This document shows positions 25,503 through 38,078 of a stretch of DNA of 64,000 nt, one piece after another (the first letter of the stretch is position 1; each line of letters begins with the position of its first letter). The position numbers and the translations under genes are program-made. The stretch is from Octopus sinensis (taxonomy: Eukaryota): the NCBI RefSeq assembly GCF_006345805.1, contig NC_042997.1:8556001-8620000 (forward strand), read 5' to 3'. The notes under the pieces were generated by a model. The model had not been told where the DNA came from. It was given only the letters and a program-made list of their open reading frames with translations, and did not search any database.

Positions 25503-25923
25503 TATTTTTATTTTTATTTTTATGTATGTATGAGTATAGATATATGTATATATATGTTCTTTTACCAGGTTCAACCAGACGCTGAAGCCATAATTCATTT
25601 CTTTAATGAGCATTATTATATAAAATTGTATATTGTGGCTGGATGTCTTTTTGATGGCACAGAGTTACCAGTGATGAGAGATGTAGGCAAGTTATCGCTG
25701 CTTCAATCAAATGTTGACAAGCAAACCCATGGATTGTCAACATTTGCATGCATATGCACAACTACATATGTTTGTGTGTGCATGTGTGTATGGGCATGTT
25801 CATGTGTGCATAAGCATGTGTATGCATGGGTATGTGTGTGTTCTCATATATAAACTCACCGATTTTAACATACTTGTTTGTTGATTGTTTGTGTGTATGT
25901 GTGTGTGTGTGCACACATGCATG

Positions 25924-26124
25924 TACTCTTTTACTTGTTTCAGTCATTTGACTGTTGCCATGCTGGAGCATCACCTTTAGTTGAGCAAATCGGCCCGAGG
26001 ACTTATTCTTTGTAAGCCTAGTATTTATTCTATCAGAGTCTTTTACCAAACCGCTAATTGACGGGGACGTAAACACACCAGCATCAGTTGTCAAGTGATG
26101 CTGGGGGGACAAACACAGACACAC

Positions 26125-26194
<70 letters not shown>

Positions 26195-26352
26195 GACGGG
26201 CATCTTTCAGTTTCCATCTACCAAATCTACTCACAAGGCTTAGGTCGGCCCGTGGCTATAGTAGAAGACACTTGCCCAAGGTACCACTCAGTGGGACTGA
26301 ACCCAGAACCATGTGGTTGGTAAGCAAGCTACTTACCACACAGCCACTCCTG
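25924..26352 (-). mobile_element. SINE family B, full length, with internal (CA)/(TA) tract
   Basis: Reverse complement of the 59655-60055 type. Confidence 0.9.
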
Positions 26353-27195
26353 TATATATATTCTTTTATTCTTCTACTTGTTTCAGTCATTTGAATATGG
26401 TCATGCTGGAGCACCACATTGGTATGCACATGCATATACATTATTATATGTATGTTACTGTTATATGCTTGTATGTGTACATGTTTTGTTTATTTACAGG
26501 TCTATGTTTGTTTATACAGGATGTATTCTTTGGTTTATTGATGCACATATATTTGTATAGATTTTCATTTTATTTGCTTATGTATATACATGTATATCAA
26601 GTATAGTCTTTGCGTATTTCTTCCATATATGTATGTGTTTCTGCATTCCTTGTTGTGTATATTTTTACATATACATCATTGTTATACACATGTTAGTAAT
26701 CACAACATTTGTAAGTTTGACATTATAAGCTCATTTATCTTCACAACCATGCCTAATTGCGCATTCTTTGTTTTATTCTTCACCTTTACTCATACCACTC
26801 TGGCGCCGGAATTTCAACTTTATTACTTTGTATTGATGGCTTTCACCTCTTTGTTCTGTCTGTTTCTCTCACTCAATGACTATATCCTTTCTTTTAAAGA
26901 AACTGGCATCCTTAAAACACATCTCTTCCGCTTTAATGTAGCTTATTTGCCAACAATGAATTTCAGTGGTCACTTAACCAAGCTTTGGTTTCCGCACATA
27001 GTTCTCCTGTGGCTGAAGTTAGTAAATTCTTTACTTTGCTCCTTGTGACAATAACTTGCAAACCACCGACAAAGGGTATCTGAATAAAAGTTAAGCTTCA
27101 AATACATATTACAACTCTGAGTTATGAAACATATTCAGTTTTACTTGGAAACATACAGTGAAGATTTACTTTCTCTATTCCCTATACCTGTCAGT

Positions 27196-27236
<41 letters not shown>

Positions 27237-27249
27237 TACACACAGACAT

Positions 27250-27296
<47 letters not shown>

Positions 27297-27302
27297 AATA
27301 AA

Positions 27303-27549
27303 TGCGCCCTTTTAAAGCCTAGCCAGGCTCATGGGCCGGTTTCCCGGTTTCTATGGCGTATGTGTTCCCCAGGTGGATGGGACACCAGTCCATCGCAGCA
27401 TTACTCATTTTTGCCAGCTGAGTGGACTAGAGCAACAGGAAATGAAGTGTTTTGCACAAGAACATAACACGTCGCCCTGTCCAGGAATCGAAACCACAAT
27501 CTTACGATCATGACGGTGACACCCTAACCACTAAGCCACGCACCTCCAC
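27303..27549 (-). mobile_element. SINE family D
   Basis: Reverse complement of the 25255-25502 type. Confidence 0.85.
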
Positions 27550-28295
27550 ACCACACACACAACCACACAACCCGTGCTAGCATGAAAAACGGACGTTAAA
27601 CAATGATGCTGATGATGATGATATATATACATATCAATTTTTTTCAGTTTTATCTCCTTTCTAACTGACAATCTAGTCTTTATAATAACAATATATTTAT
27701 AGATATATTTACATATGTGTTTATGCACATTCAGCTAAATGACTCAAGTGTGGAAGTGATGTAGCTCGACTTTGCAAAAGCATTTGATAAAGTTGAGCAT
27801 AATCTTGGCATAGTTGGAAAACTTGGAGAGTAGTTACATGACTTTCTAAAAGATAGATGTCAGGCAGTGGTGGCCAGTGGAGTCACCTCCAAGGAAGCAC
27901 AAATAGTAAGTGGTGTTCCACTAAAAATAGTACTGTCTTAGAGACCAGTGCTATTTATAGTGGCCCTCTCAGACATACCCTCAGCTGCTCGGATAGCCAC
28001 CCTTGCTAGCTGTGCAGATGACACAAAAATCTCTCAGAGAATACAAAATCCTAGAAATATTGTGCATTTGCAACAGGAGTTGGACACAATATACAGGTGG
28101 GCTGAGGACAACAATATGCAGTTTAATGCACAAAAATTCCAAGCCATGTGTTACCCACACATAAAGCTGAATGACAGGCAGACAGGATACACTGACCAAG
28201 AAAGAACTGCAATCTTTGAATTTATATCAGTGCTTGACCTGGGTATTGACATGAGAAATGCTGCATCTTCCCAGGAGCCTATTACTAATTTGGTA

Positions 28296-28517
28296 GAAAA
28301 GGTGGTGAGCTGGCAGAAACGTTAGCATGCCGGGCAAAATGTGTAGCCATATTTCGTCTGCCGTTACGTTCTGAGTTCAAATCCCGCCAAGGTCGACTTT
28401 GCCTTTTATCCTTTCAAGGTCGATAAATTAAGTACCAGTTATGAACTGGGGTCGATGTTATCGACTTAATCCATTTGTCTCCTCTGTGTTTAGTCCCTTG
28501 TGGGTAGTAAAGAAATA
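28296..28517 (+). mobile_element. SINE family A inserted in the LINE
   Basis: 16-bp TSD tattactaatttggta at 28280-28295 and 28518-28533. Confidence 0.95.
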
Positions 28518-28849
28518 TATTACTAATTTGGTAACAAAATGCAGACAGCTAGCTGGATGGATTCTCCGAACTTTCAAAACAAGAGAAAAGGGAAGTATGA
28601 TGGTCCTTTGGAGAGCATACATCTTCAGCCACTTAGACTACTGCTCCCAACTATGGCAAAACATATCAGCTGCTGGGAAAGGCTGAAAGAGTTAAAACTC
28701 TTCTCCCTGAAGGGAAGATGGGAAAAATATGCAGTGATATATATGTGGAAAATCCTGGAAGGCCTTGTACCAAACATTGGCATTGAAAGTTATGCAAATA
28801 CAGAATGGGGCACCATTGCATAGTGCCAAACATCCCAGCATCACCATCA

Positions 28850-29055
28850 GCCTTTCAAGAATTTGGACCTGGAGATCTCCAATTCCAGCGACTTCGAGGG
28901 CCACCTCCCAGTGGTGTCAGTCATCAACGAAAGCCCTCGACTACAACAAGACGACCAAAGTTTTTTTTTCTCCAAGGTCTGGGGTCTCCCACTCCTAAGC
29001 CCTAGACCATCACCTAATCACCCTTACCCATCTTGTTGTTTAACAACAACAACAA
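28850..29055 (+). mobile_element. Unassigned 206-bp retroposed insertion with (AAC)n tail
   Basis: 14-bp TSD cagcatcaccatca at 28836-28849 and 29056-29069. GC-rich, with no other copy in the window. Confidence 0.85.
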
Positions 29056-29454
29056 CAGCATCACCATCAAAATATCGGACCAGATACTGCAACAGCTTGG
29101 ATTTTAAGGGTCCTCAGCTCTTTAATAACTTTCCAAAATGCCTGAGAAACCTGCATGGTGTGGATGTAGGTGTCTTCAAAACAAAATTAGATCTCTGTGT
29201 GTCAAGGGTTCCACATGAGCCTACTTGACAGCAGGAAACACTAATGAGGGCAGCAACATCAAACCCCTTCACTCACCAAATGCCACATGTCAGAGGAGGT
29301 TTCAAATAATGGTGTAGCACAGCCAAAGGTGGTACTCTACACACATACACACACACACACACGTTCATATGTGTGTGTGTATGGGTGTGGGTGTGGGTGT
29401 GTATATATGTGTGTGTGTTTGTGCATCTGTGCCTGTGTAATATATACATATGCT

Positions 29455-29639
29455 TTTATTCTTTTACTTGTTTCAGTCATTTTGACTGTAGCCATGCTGG
29501 AGCAAGACCATTTTAGTCGAAGAAATCAACCCCTGGACTTTTTCTTTGTAAGCCTAGTCGCTTTTGCCAAACTGCAAGATTACAGGGACATAAATTCACC
29601 AACAATGGTTGTCAAGTGATAGTGGAGAGACGAACACAG

Positions 29640-29704
<65 letters not shown>

Positions 29705-29880
29705 CACACATATATATATATATACACACACATCAGGGTTCTTTCAGTTTTTGCCTACCAAATCCACTCACAAGGCTTTGGTCAGCCCAAGGTTATAGTG
29801 GAAGGCACTTGCCCAAGGTGCCACGCAATGGAACTGAACCACAAACCATGTCATTGGGAAGCAAGCTTCATACCACATAC
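29455..29880 (-). mobile_element. SINE family B
   Basis: Similar to 25924-26352. Confidence 0.8.
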
Positions 29881-30578
29881 ATATATCGTAAATATGAGGG
29901 TAATAAATTAAAATAATTTATTACCAGTGGTTAGCATGTATAAATAAAAGTCATAAGACGTAACGTGTATAAAATATTTATATACACAAAGAAGTGACCC
30001 TTGACAGGACTACTTACATGCTAGAAAGGGCAGTTAAAACCCAACCACAGAAAAAAGAATTCATGAGGAACACTGTTCTAACACCAGACAGAGCATAAAA
30101 TAAATTAGTTAATCCCAAACTTGAGTTTTCCTATTAATTGCCAAATAAACTAATTTGGAATCTATAGATCGTCAGTAAGATCGCTAATTAATGAATAATT
30201 AGGCAGTTGCAAATATGTACTTAAAACACGTGCACAATGCATATATAGTGTACTACTATTCCATGGTAAAATCAATAAATAAGTACTCCATCTGGTGAGA
30301 GATAATATTTATCAAATACACTATGCATTTTTATGTGGTACTGATAGTTTCATATGAGGAAAACAATACAGAGAGTATTCTATAACATGTCTGGTGCTTT
30401 GATGCAATCCTCAGGCTCACAGTAAGATGCAGGTAAAGGTTTATCAGTATAAAGATTTCACTGAAAATTGAATGAAGGCATGAGACATGTTATAAAATGC
30501 TGTCTGAGTTGTTTTCATTGCATAAAATTATTAGCAGCTCATACAAACATATACTGTGTTTATTAAATCGTATATATA

Positions 30579-30800
30579 CGATGCTGGCAGAAACATTAGC
30601 ATGCCGGGCAAAATGCTTAGCGGTATTTTGTCTGCTGCTACATTCTGAGTTCATATTCCGCCGAGGTCGACTTTGCCTTTCATCCTTTCGGGGCCGATTA
30701 AATAAGTACCAGTTACGTATTGGGGTCGATATAATCGACTTAATTCGTTTGTCTGTCCCCTCTGTGTGTAGCCCCTTGTGGGCAGTAAAAAAATAAAAAA
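30579..30800 (+). mobile_element. SINE family A
   Basis: 17-bp TSD attaaatcgtatatata at 30562-30578 and 30801-30817. Confidence 0.9.
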
Positions 30801-30829
30801 ATTAAATCGTATATATAGCTTCAGTGGAT

Positions 30830-31346
30830 GTGGAATGTCAGTGTGCATATGCGTGGAATATAAGTGTCTTCAGAGAAAAACTGGACATCAGATGTGGTGT
30901 GCAAAAGAGATGAGTGCACTGATATGGTCATAGGATGCATATGGATGAGGACAGTTATGTGAAGAAGTGCCAGTCTCTAACTGTGGAAGGAACCTGAGGA
31001 TGAGGACCCAGGAAAACATGGGAAGAAGTCATGAAGCACGATCTCAGAATGTTGGGCCTCACAGAGGTGATGACAAGTAGCTGATAGCTTTGGTGATATG
31101 CTGTGCTTGAGAAGACCTGTGAAGCCAAGTAAAATAGTATTTGAGGTCATTGCCAGTGTCCTGTAAATGGCACCCATATTAGTGGCATGTAAGAAGCACT
31201 CATTACTTTCTCGGAGTGGTTGGCATTAGGAAGGGCATCCAGCCATAGAAGTTGCACCAAATCAAACTGGAACCTGGTGCAGCTCTCTGGCTTACCAGTT
31301 CCAGTCAAACCATCTAACCCATGCCAGCATGGAAAGAGGACGTTAA

Positions 31347-31401
<55 letters not shown>

Positions 31402-31410
31402 CGATGATAC
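30830..31410 (+). mobile_element. RTE-type LINE 3' end (ORF C-terminus, 3' UTR and (GAT)n tail)
   Basis: Colinear with the 34235-35317 copy. Long GAT tail at ~31348-31408. Confidence 0.85.
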
Positions 31411-31449
31411 TTTAATATTATATACAAACCTACATGTGTGTGTGTGTGT

Positions 31450-31498
<49 letters not shown>

Positions 31499-32184
31499 TG
31501 GCTTTCAAAAGAGTTTCAATCTACTAATTCCTCTTAAAACTGTCTCCTATCATATGCCAGAGCTATAGTAAAAGACATTTGCACAAAATGTCTTGCTGCA
31601 CAACTGATCTGAAAGCTACATGGATGCATACTGAAATTTTTACACAGATACACTTTTACCTGCATGCCACTTTGGGTCAGTCATTTCTACTACAGGTCTG
31701 GGCCAACATATATATATATATATATGCATATAAGATGCTTCCTTCCTAGTTACATTGTTCTGGGTTCAGTGCCACTGTGTGGCACCTTGGGCAATTGTCT
31801 TCTACTATGACCTCAGGCCGACCAAATTCTTGTGTGTGGATTGGATTTGATAGACAAAAACTGAAAGAAGCGAAAAGAAGCCCATAATGTGTGTATGTGT
31901 ATGATAGTTTATGAATGTGTATATATTTATATGTGTTAGTCTGAAACAGGTAAAAGAATAAAAGAATATATGTATATATGTAATCTTTTATTCTTTTACT
32001 TGATTCAGTCATTTGACTGCAGCCATCATAGAGTACTGCCTTGAAGGGTTTTATTCCCAATTTATTTTTATTCTGACTTATTCTGTTGTTCTCTTTTGCC
32101 AAACTGCTAAGTTACAAGGATGTAAACACACCAGCATTGTTTATCAAGTGTTGATGGGTGACAAACACAGACACAAAACAGACA

Positions 32185-32596
32185 CAAGTGGCCGAGTTCC
32201 TTCAAGCATTGGACCTCACAGAGGCTGAGTTCCTTTCAAGCATTGTGCTTCAGGGAGGCAAAGTGACTGAGTTCCTTTCGAGTGTTGGGTCTCGTGGAGG
32301 CAATGACCAAGACATTTGGCATTATGTCATGCTTGAGAAGAAGACCCATCAAGCCGAGCAAAATCGTAGTCATGGCAGATACTGGCGCCATGTAAATGGC
32401 ACCCATGCTGGTGGTACGTAAAGGTACCCATTACACTCTCAGAGTGGTTGGCATTAGAAAGGGTATCCAATTACAGAAAACCATGCCAAATCAGACTGCA
32501 GTCTGGTTCAACCTTCCAGCTTACCAACTCTGGTCAAACCGTCCACCCCATGCCAGCATGGACAATGGACATTAAGTGATGATGATGATGATGACA
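32185..32596 (+). mobile_element. RTE-type LINE 3' end
   Basis: ggacctcacagaggc...gagaagaagaccc...ggttggcattag...(GAT)n. Confidence 0.8.
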
Positions 32597-32746
32597 GGTT
32601 TCTTTCAGTTTCCGTCTACCAAATCCTGTCTCAAGGCTTTGATCGGCCCGAGGCTATAGTAGGAGATGCTTGCCCAACATACCATGCAGTGGGACTGAAC
32701 CCTAACCATGTGGTTGGGAAGCAAGCTTCTTACCACACAGCCACAC

Positions 32747-32783
<37 letters not shown>

Positions 32784-33309
32784 ATTCTTGAAATGAATGA
32801 AGAATGTAAAACACAAATTAAGATTGTCCTTCACTTGATAATCCAAATGGAAAGAGCTATACAGTTTGTTACTAAATGTTCCAGTGGGCGGAGAAGTGAG
32901 AAGTTAACCTATCCCACTGCATCTTTAAATGGATTTGATGGATTCCATGCTCAAACTTCTTGAAGTTCTTCTCTTCATTGTTATTCACAACCACCACTCA
33001 TAATAGAGAAACTGAGAGGAAAGTTATTTTTAACCTGTTAAAGAAATATTCTACTCAGGTAGCCTTGATATTTACAGATACTTGAGGGATATGTTCATGG
33101 GCATATGTTATCCTTTTGTTTAGTCAATTTTATTCTAATTAAACCATATTTCGTTAGTCTGTTGGAGAAAGAGTTTTCTGAGAATATCAATAGTTTACCA
33201 GATGCAGTTAAGAAGTAACGAAAGTAACATCTACTTCACCCACTCCCTTCTCTACTTCTCTCTCCCCCTCTCTCTCACTCTCTCCATATATATGTATATA
33301 TATATATAC

Positions 33310-33355
<46 letters not shown>

Positions 33356-33440
33356 TTACACACACACAAACACACATAAATACACATATATATGTCTCTA
33401 TAGGTATATTACATATATTTTCTCTCTCTCTGTCTCTCCG

Positions 33441-33472
<32 letters not shown>

Positions 33473-33482
33473 ATATATATAT

Positions 33483-33557
<75 letters not shown>

Positions 33558-34177
33558 TAGATAGATAGATAGATATAGATAGATAGATAGATACATAGAT
33601 AGATAGATACATAAATAGATAGATAGATGGATCAATACATAGATATAGATATATCACATACACACCCACATATTCTCTCTCTCCCTCTCTCTCTCCCTCT
33701 CTCTCTCCCTCTCTCCCCCTCTCTCCCCCTCTCTCTCTCCCTCTCTCTCTCCCTCTCTCTCTCTGTCTCTCTCATGCTTCACTTCTTTCTTTGGCAATGC
33801 TCTAAGTTGATTCAAGTCATGTTCAAGCTTTCTGAAACCTCCTCGCTCAAGGACTCATACAATGAGAAGACAGGATTTTCAGGCTGCAACTTATCAAACA
33901 GTAGATTAATCATTCTAGACAAGCAGATCCACTTTGTGTTTCATTTATGTACATCTACTTAAGGACCACTTCTCAGATAATATTAAAATTCCCAATTACT
34001 GTGGATGCTGCCACCCTTATATTTACATACATGTTTGTGTTAATAACTTCGTGTGTTTGTATATGTACATTAATATTCATCCATCAATCTAATTTTCTAT
34101 CTATCTATTTATCTATCTATTTATCTATCTATTTATATCTTTGTGTGTGTGTGTGTGTGTACATTTGTACATATATA

Positions 34178-34234
<57 letters not shown>

Positions 34235-34237
<3 letters not shown>

Positions 34238-35317
34238 TCATCATCATCATCGCTTAACGTCCACTTTCCATGCTAGCATGAGTTGGAGGATTTGACTCAG
34301 GACTGGTGAACCAGATGGCTGCACCAGACTCCAATCTTGATCTAGCAGAGTTTCTACAGCTGGATGCCCTTCCTAACGCCAACCACTCTGAGAGTATAGT
34401 GGGTACTTTTATGTGCCACCAACATGAGGCCAGTCAGGCGGTATTGGCAATGGCCATGCTCAAATGATGTTTTTTTACATGCCACCTGCACAGGAGCCAG
34501 TCCAGTGGCACTGGCAATGACCTCACTCGAATGTTTTTCACGCGGCACCAGCACAAGTACCACTAAGGCGACGCTGGTTACAATCATGCTCATATGGTGC
34601 TTTTTATGTGTCACTGGCATGGAAGCCAGTTAGCTGCTCTAGCAACAATCACGCTTGGATGGTGCTCTTAGTGCTCCACTAGCACAGATGCCAGTCATCG
34701 AATTTGATTTCAATTTCAATTTCACTTGCCTCAACAGATCTTCGCAAGCATAGTTTAGTGTCCAATGAAGAAATGGTATGTATAAGTGGGCTGGTTACAC
34801 CCTTGGCATAGGCCACGAGGTTATGGTCTCATTTGGCTTGCCAGGTCTTCTCATGCACAGCATATTTTGAAAAGTCTCAGTCACTAGTCATTGCCTCAGT
34901 GAGGCCTAATGTTCAAAGGTCATGCTTCACCACTTCATCCCAGGTCTTCCTGAGTCAACCTCTTCCACAGGTTCACTCAACCGTTAGAATGTGGCACTTT
35001 TTCACACAGCTATCCTCATCCATCCTCACCACATGACCAAACCAGCGCAGTTGTCTCTCTTGCACTCTATATCTGATGCTTCTTAGGTCCAACTTTTCTC
35101 TCAAGGTACTTACATACTAGCTTCATTCCTTGTGAGCTTACTCATGTCCTCAGCAGTCATGGCCCATGTTTCACTTCCATGTAGCATGGCTGTTTATACA
35201 CATGCATCATACAGTCTACCTTTTACTCTGAGTGAGAGGTCCTTTGTCACCAGCAGAGGTAAGAGCTCTCTGAACTTTGCCCAGGATATTCTTATTCTAG
35301 CAGCTACACTTTCAGTG
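34235..35317 (-). mobile_element. 5'-truncated RTE-clade LINE
   Basis: Minus translation ESVAARIRISWAKFRELLPLL...MLHGSETW...LRWFGHVVRMDED...RKTWDEVVKHDL, then 3' UTR and (GAT)n. Confidence 0.9.
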
Positions 35318-35750
35318 CATAAATAGCAGAAAAATTTAGAAATGATTAGTAAGTATCAAAATAAAATTCTTTTATATGGTGTGATGTATATTAGGATTTG
35401 ATGTTTTGTATGGGGACTGCTATTTCTAAGTGACATATATTTCCCTATTGAGAATAATTCCTTTTATTTGAATCCTTGTGATGCTAAAATTTTTATTCCC
35501 TAATAAATAAAATAATCTAATGTAATGGTTTAACTATATTGTTTAGCTTGAAAATTAAACAATTAAGTATGGCATATACAGGAAAGATAGTACCCCTGGA
35601 ATGGAATTCATCACTGAAAGACATACCTGTCCCACCAAAAAAAGAATTCAAGATTAAACTGATTAATCAAATCCTAATATACATCACACCATATAAAAGA
35701 ATTTTATTTTAATACTTACTAATCATTTCTAAATTTCTCTGCTATTTATG
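35318..35750. repeat. 85-bp inverted repeat pair (35318-35402 / 35666-35750)
   Basis: cataaatagcag...ttaggatttgat and its near-perfect reverse complement. Confidence 0.9.
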
Positions 35751-35760
35751 AAATTCTTTA

Positions 35761-35912
35761 TAACATTACATGACATGGAGGAGATTCGCCAGAGGGGCAG
35801 GGGCAGCCCATAACATTACATGACATGTAGGAGATTCCCCAGAGGGGCAGAGCCAACCCATAACATTACAGGACATATCAGGGATTCGCCAGAGGGGCAG
35901 AGTCAACCCATA

Positions 35913-35917
<5 letters not shown>
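35761..35917. repeat. Three tandem 50-bp units
   Basis: taacattacatgacatg...gagattcgccagaggggcag...ccca occurs three times, plus a 7-nt partial unit. Confidence 0.9.
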
Positions 35918-35984
<67 letters not shown>

Positions 35985-36264
35985 TAAATAAATACAAAGT
36001 GAATGTACACGAAGTACGATCATTGATAGAAATAGCAGCCAATTTCTTTTAATAATATTTATATCTCTTACATATCTTTTCACTGATCTTAGTTCGAATC
36101 TTAACTGGGGCTTTCAGCTGAGGAAACAGGTGGAGATGTAGTGAATGTTTTAAAATTTCGGTCATTCTGCCTACTCAGGATCCGAAAAGTCTGAAACTTC
36201 AGTATTGACTTATTTGTCATTCCTCTAATGATCTCTCTAGAGGTAAGACAGAATGTTCCTATAT

Positions 36265-36420
36265 TCTTTTCTAGGCACAAGGCCTGAAATTTTGGGGCTT
36301 GTACTTAATTTATCGACCCCGAAAGGATGAAAGGCAAAGTTGACCTCGGCAGAATTTGAGCTCAGAACGTAAAGACCAACAAAATATCGCTAAACATTTT
36401 GCCCAGTATGCGAACATCTC
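36265..36420 (-). mobile_element. SINE family A (internally shortened)
   Basis: ttatcgaccccgaaaggatgaaaggcaaagttgacctcggc. Confidence 0.8.
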
Positions 36421-36650
36421 TGCCATCTCACAGCCTTACAGAATTTTCCTATATTCACAGTCCACAAACATCTCTACCTGTAAATATTTAGTGAAGCTCT
36501 ACATAGCATCAATAATTCACTGGCTGCTATTTCTAGCAATGATCATAATTTGTGTACATTCACTTTGTATTCATAACCCTGCCTTATATGGTGCATTATT
36601 CTTGCTGGCTATATATGTATATATATGTGTGTGTATATATATATATTATA

Positions 36651-36702
<52 letters not shown>

Positions 36703-36896
36703 AGATGAATAATCTTGTTGCAGATTAATCAAAAGTTTAACCGATACCTTGGTAGCAAAAATCACAGCAGAAGAAAGCACGGTTGGAGGTACAACCATAT
36801 GGTGTTGCAACCGTGCGTTGGTGCGGATAATTGAGTTTTAATATTATTAGTGAATTGAAGAAATGGAGTTGAACGAAGATTGAACAGAAATCCTTT

Positions 36897-36989
36897 TATT
36901 GCATTCTACACGTGTTTCGAAAGCCACAATTTACCAAATTCCAATTGAATAAGGAGACCATATTGTGTCTTTCTCTTCAGGAAGAAATA
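36897..36989 (-). ncRNA. Type I hammerhead ribozyme motif
   Basis: Reverse complement of 37072-37164; core at 36974-36980. Confidence 0.8.
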
Positions 36990-37071
36990 GGAATTCCGTT
37001 GGCAGAACAAAAACTCGTTCGATTTGTTTTGCTGCGCCTCTGTTCTGTTTTTGTTCTGCCAACGGAATTCC

Positions 37072-37164
37072 TATTTCTTCCTGAAGAGAAAGACACAATA
37101 TGGTCTCCTTATTCAATTGGAATTTGGTAAATTGTGGCTTTCGAAACACGTGTAGAATGCAATA
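37072..37164 (+). ncRNA. Type I hammerhead ribozyme motif
   Basis: CTGAAGA 37081-37087; stem II gaaag-a-cacaat/attgtg-g-ctttc; GAAA 37143-37146; ACACGTGT; predicted cleavage after A37154. Confidence 0.8.
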
Positions 37165-37273
37165 AAAGGATTTCTGTTCAATCTTCGTTCAACTCCATTT
37201 CTTCAATTCACTATATATATATATATATATTATATATATATATTTATAATAATATAAATAATATATAAATATA

Positions 37274-37326
<53 letters not shown>

Positions 37327-37333
37327 ATGATGA

Positions 37334-37406
<73 letters not shown>

Positions 37407-37728
37407 TGTACATACCTACATATATATGCATATATGGGTACAGGACATCAGAAAAACATTGAATACAATGAGAAATAAAAACATAGAAACAAACTTCTTT
37501 TCAAACAATGCAAAAAACAGAGAAATGAGACATACAACACAAAGAATATTCCCCTTCTTCCGTTGTCCCTGTTTCATCTACTCCACATTCGAAGCCAAGG
37601 ACAAGACGCGACTTCATTGAAACAGTCCTTCCTGCATAGCAAATTAAATAAAATTTGAGATTTTTGCGGAGAGTGACAGTGGTAACAAGAACAGGACAGT
37701 GAGAACAAAACAGTAATATATATTTATT

Positions 37729-37787
<59 letters not shown>

Positions 37788-37851
37788 ATATATGTATGTT
37801 TATATATATGTATGTATATATATATATATATATATATATGTATTTATATAT

Positions 37852-38078
37852 ACAACTTATAACCGAGGGCAAAAATAAAATTATAATGCCAAATATGTCG
37901 AAAATAGACTTAATTCGTCAATAACCATCTAATTCATCACTATAAGCACACGTCTCAAAGTAAGCTTACTTCGAGATGCATGCTTATAGTGATGAATTAG
38001 ATGGTTATTGACGATTTAAGTCTATTTTTGGCATATTTGGCATTATAAGTTTTTCTTTTGCCCTTGTATATAAGTTGT
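37852..38078. repeat. Loop-less imperfect palindrome of ~227 bp
   Basis: Centre aagtaag|cttactt at 37964/37965; arms ~113 bp. Confidence 0.9.

Larger units (their letters stand above)
27745..29300 (+). pseudogene. 5'-truncated CR1/L2-group LINE ORF2 (reverse transcriptase) remnant with two nested insertions
   Basis: LDFAKAFDKV, SGVP, PVLFIVALSD, CADDTK (YADD equivalent), LQQELDTIYRWAEDNNMQFNAQK, SHLDYCSQLW, GPQLFNNFPKCLR. Confidence 0.9.
36697..37213. mobile_element. Fold-back HHR element, copy 2 (shorter)
   Basis: 151-bp tail 36697-36847, identical 167-bp arms at 36848-37014 and 37047-37213, 32-bp spacer, (TA)n on both sides. Confidence 0.9.

Noticed and set aside
28885-28945. Possible HDV-like ribozyme in the orphan insertion
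   Set aside because: An 8-bp outer stem exists, but the P3/L3, P1.1 and P2 elements could not be assigned.
35761-35917. Possible CRISPR-like repeat array
   Set aside because: The units are directly adjacent without unique spacers, and the context is eukaryotic.
37432-37725. TA-flanked repeat with hammerhead-like fragments (ttcgaatgtgg...cggaagaagggg on the minus strand)
   Set aside because: Both catalytic boxes are non-canonical in this copy and no consistent three-helix fold could be drawn.
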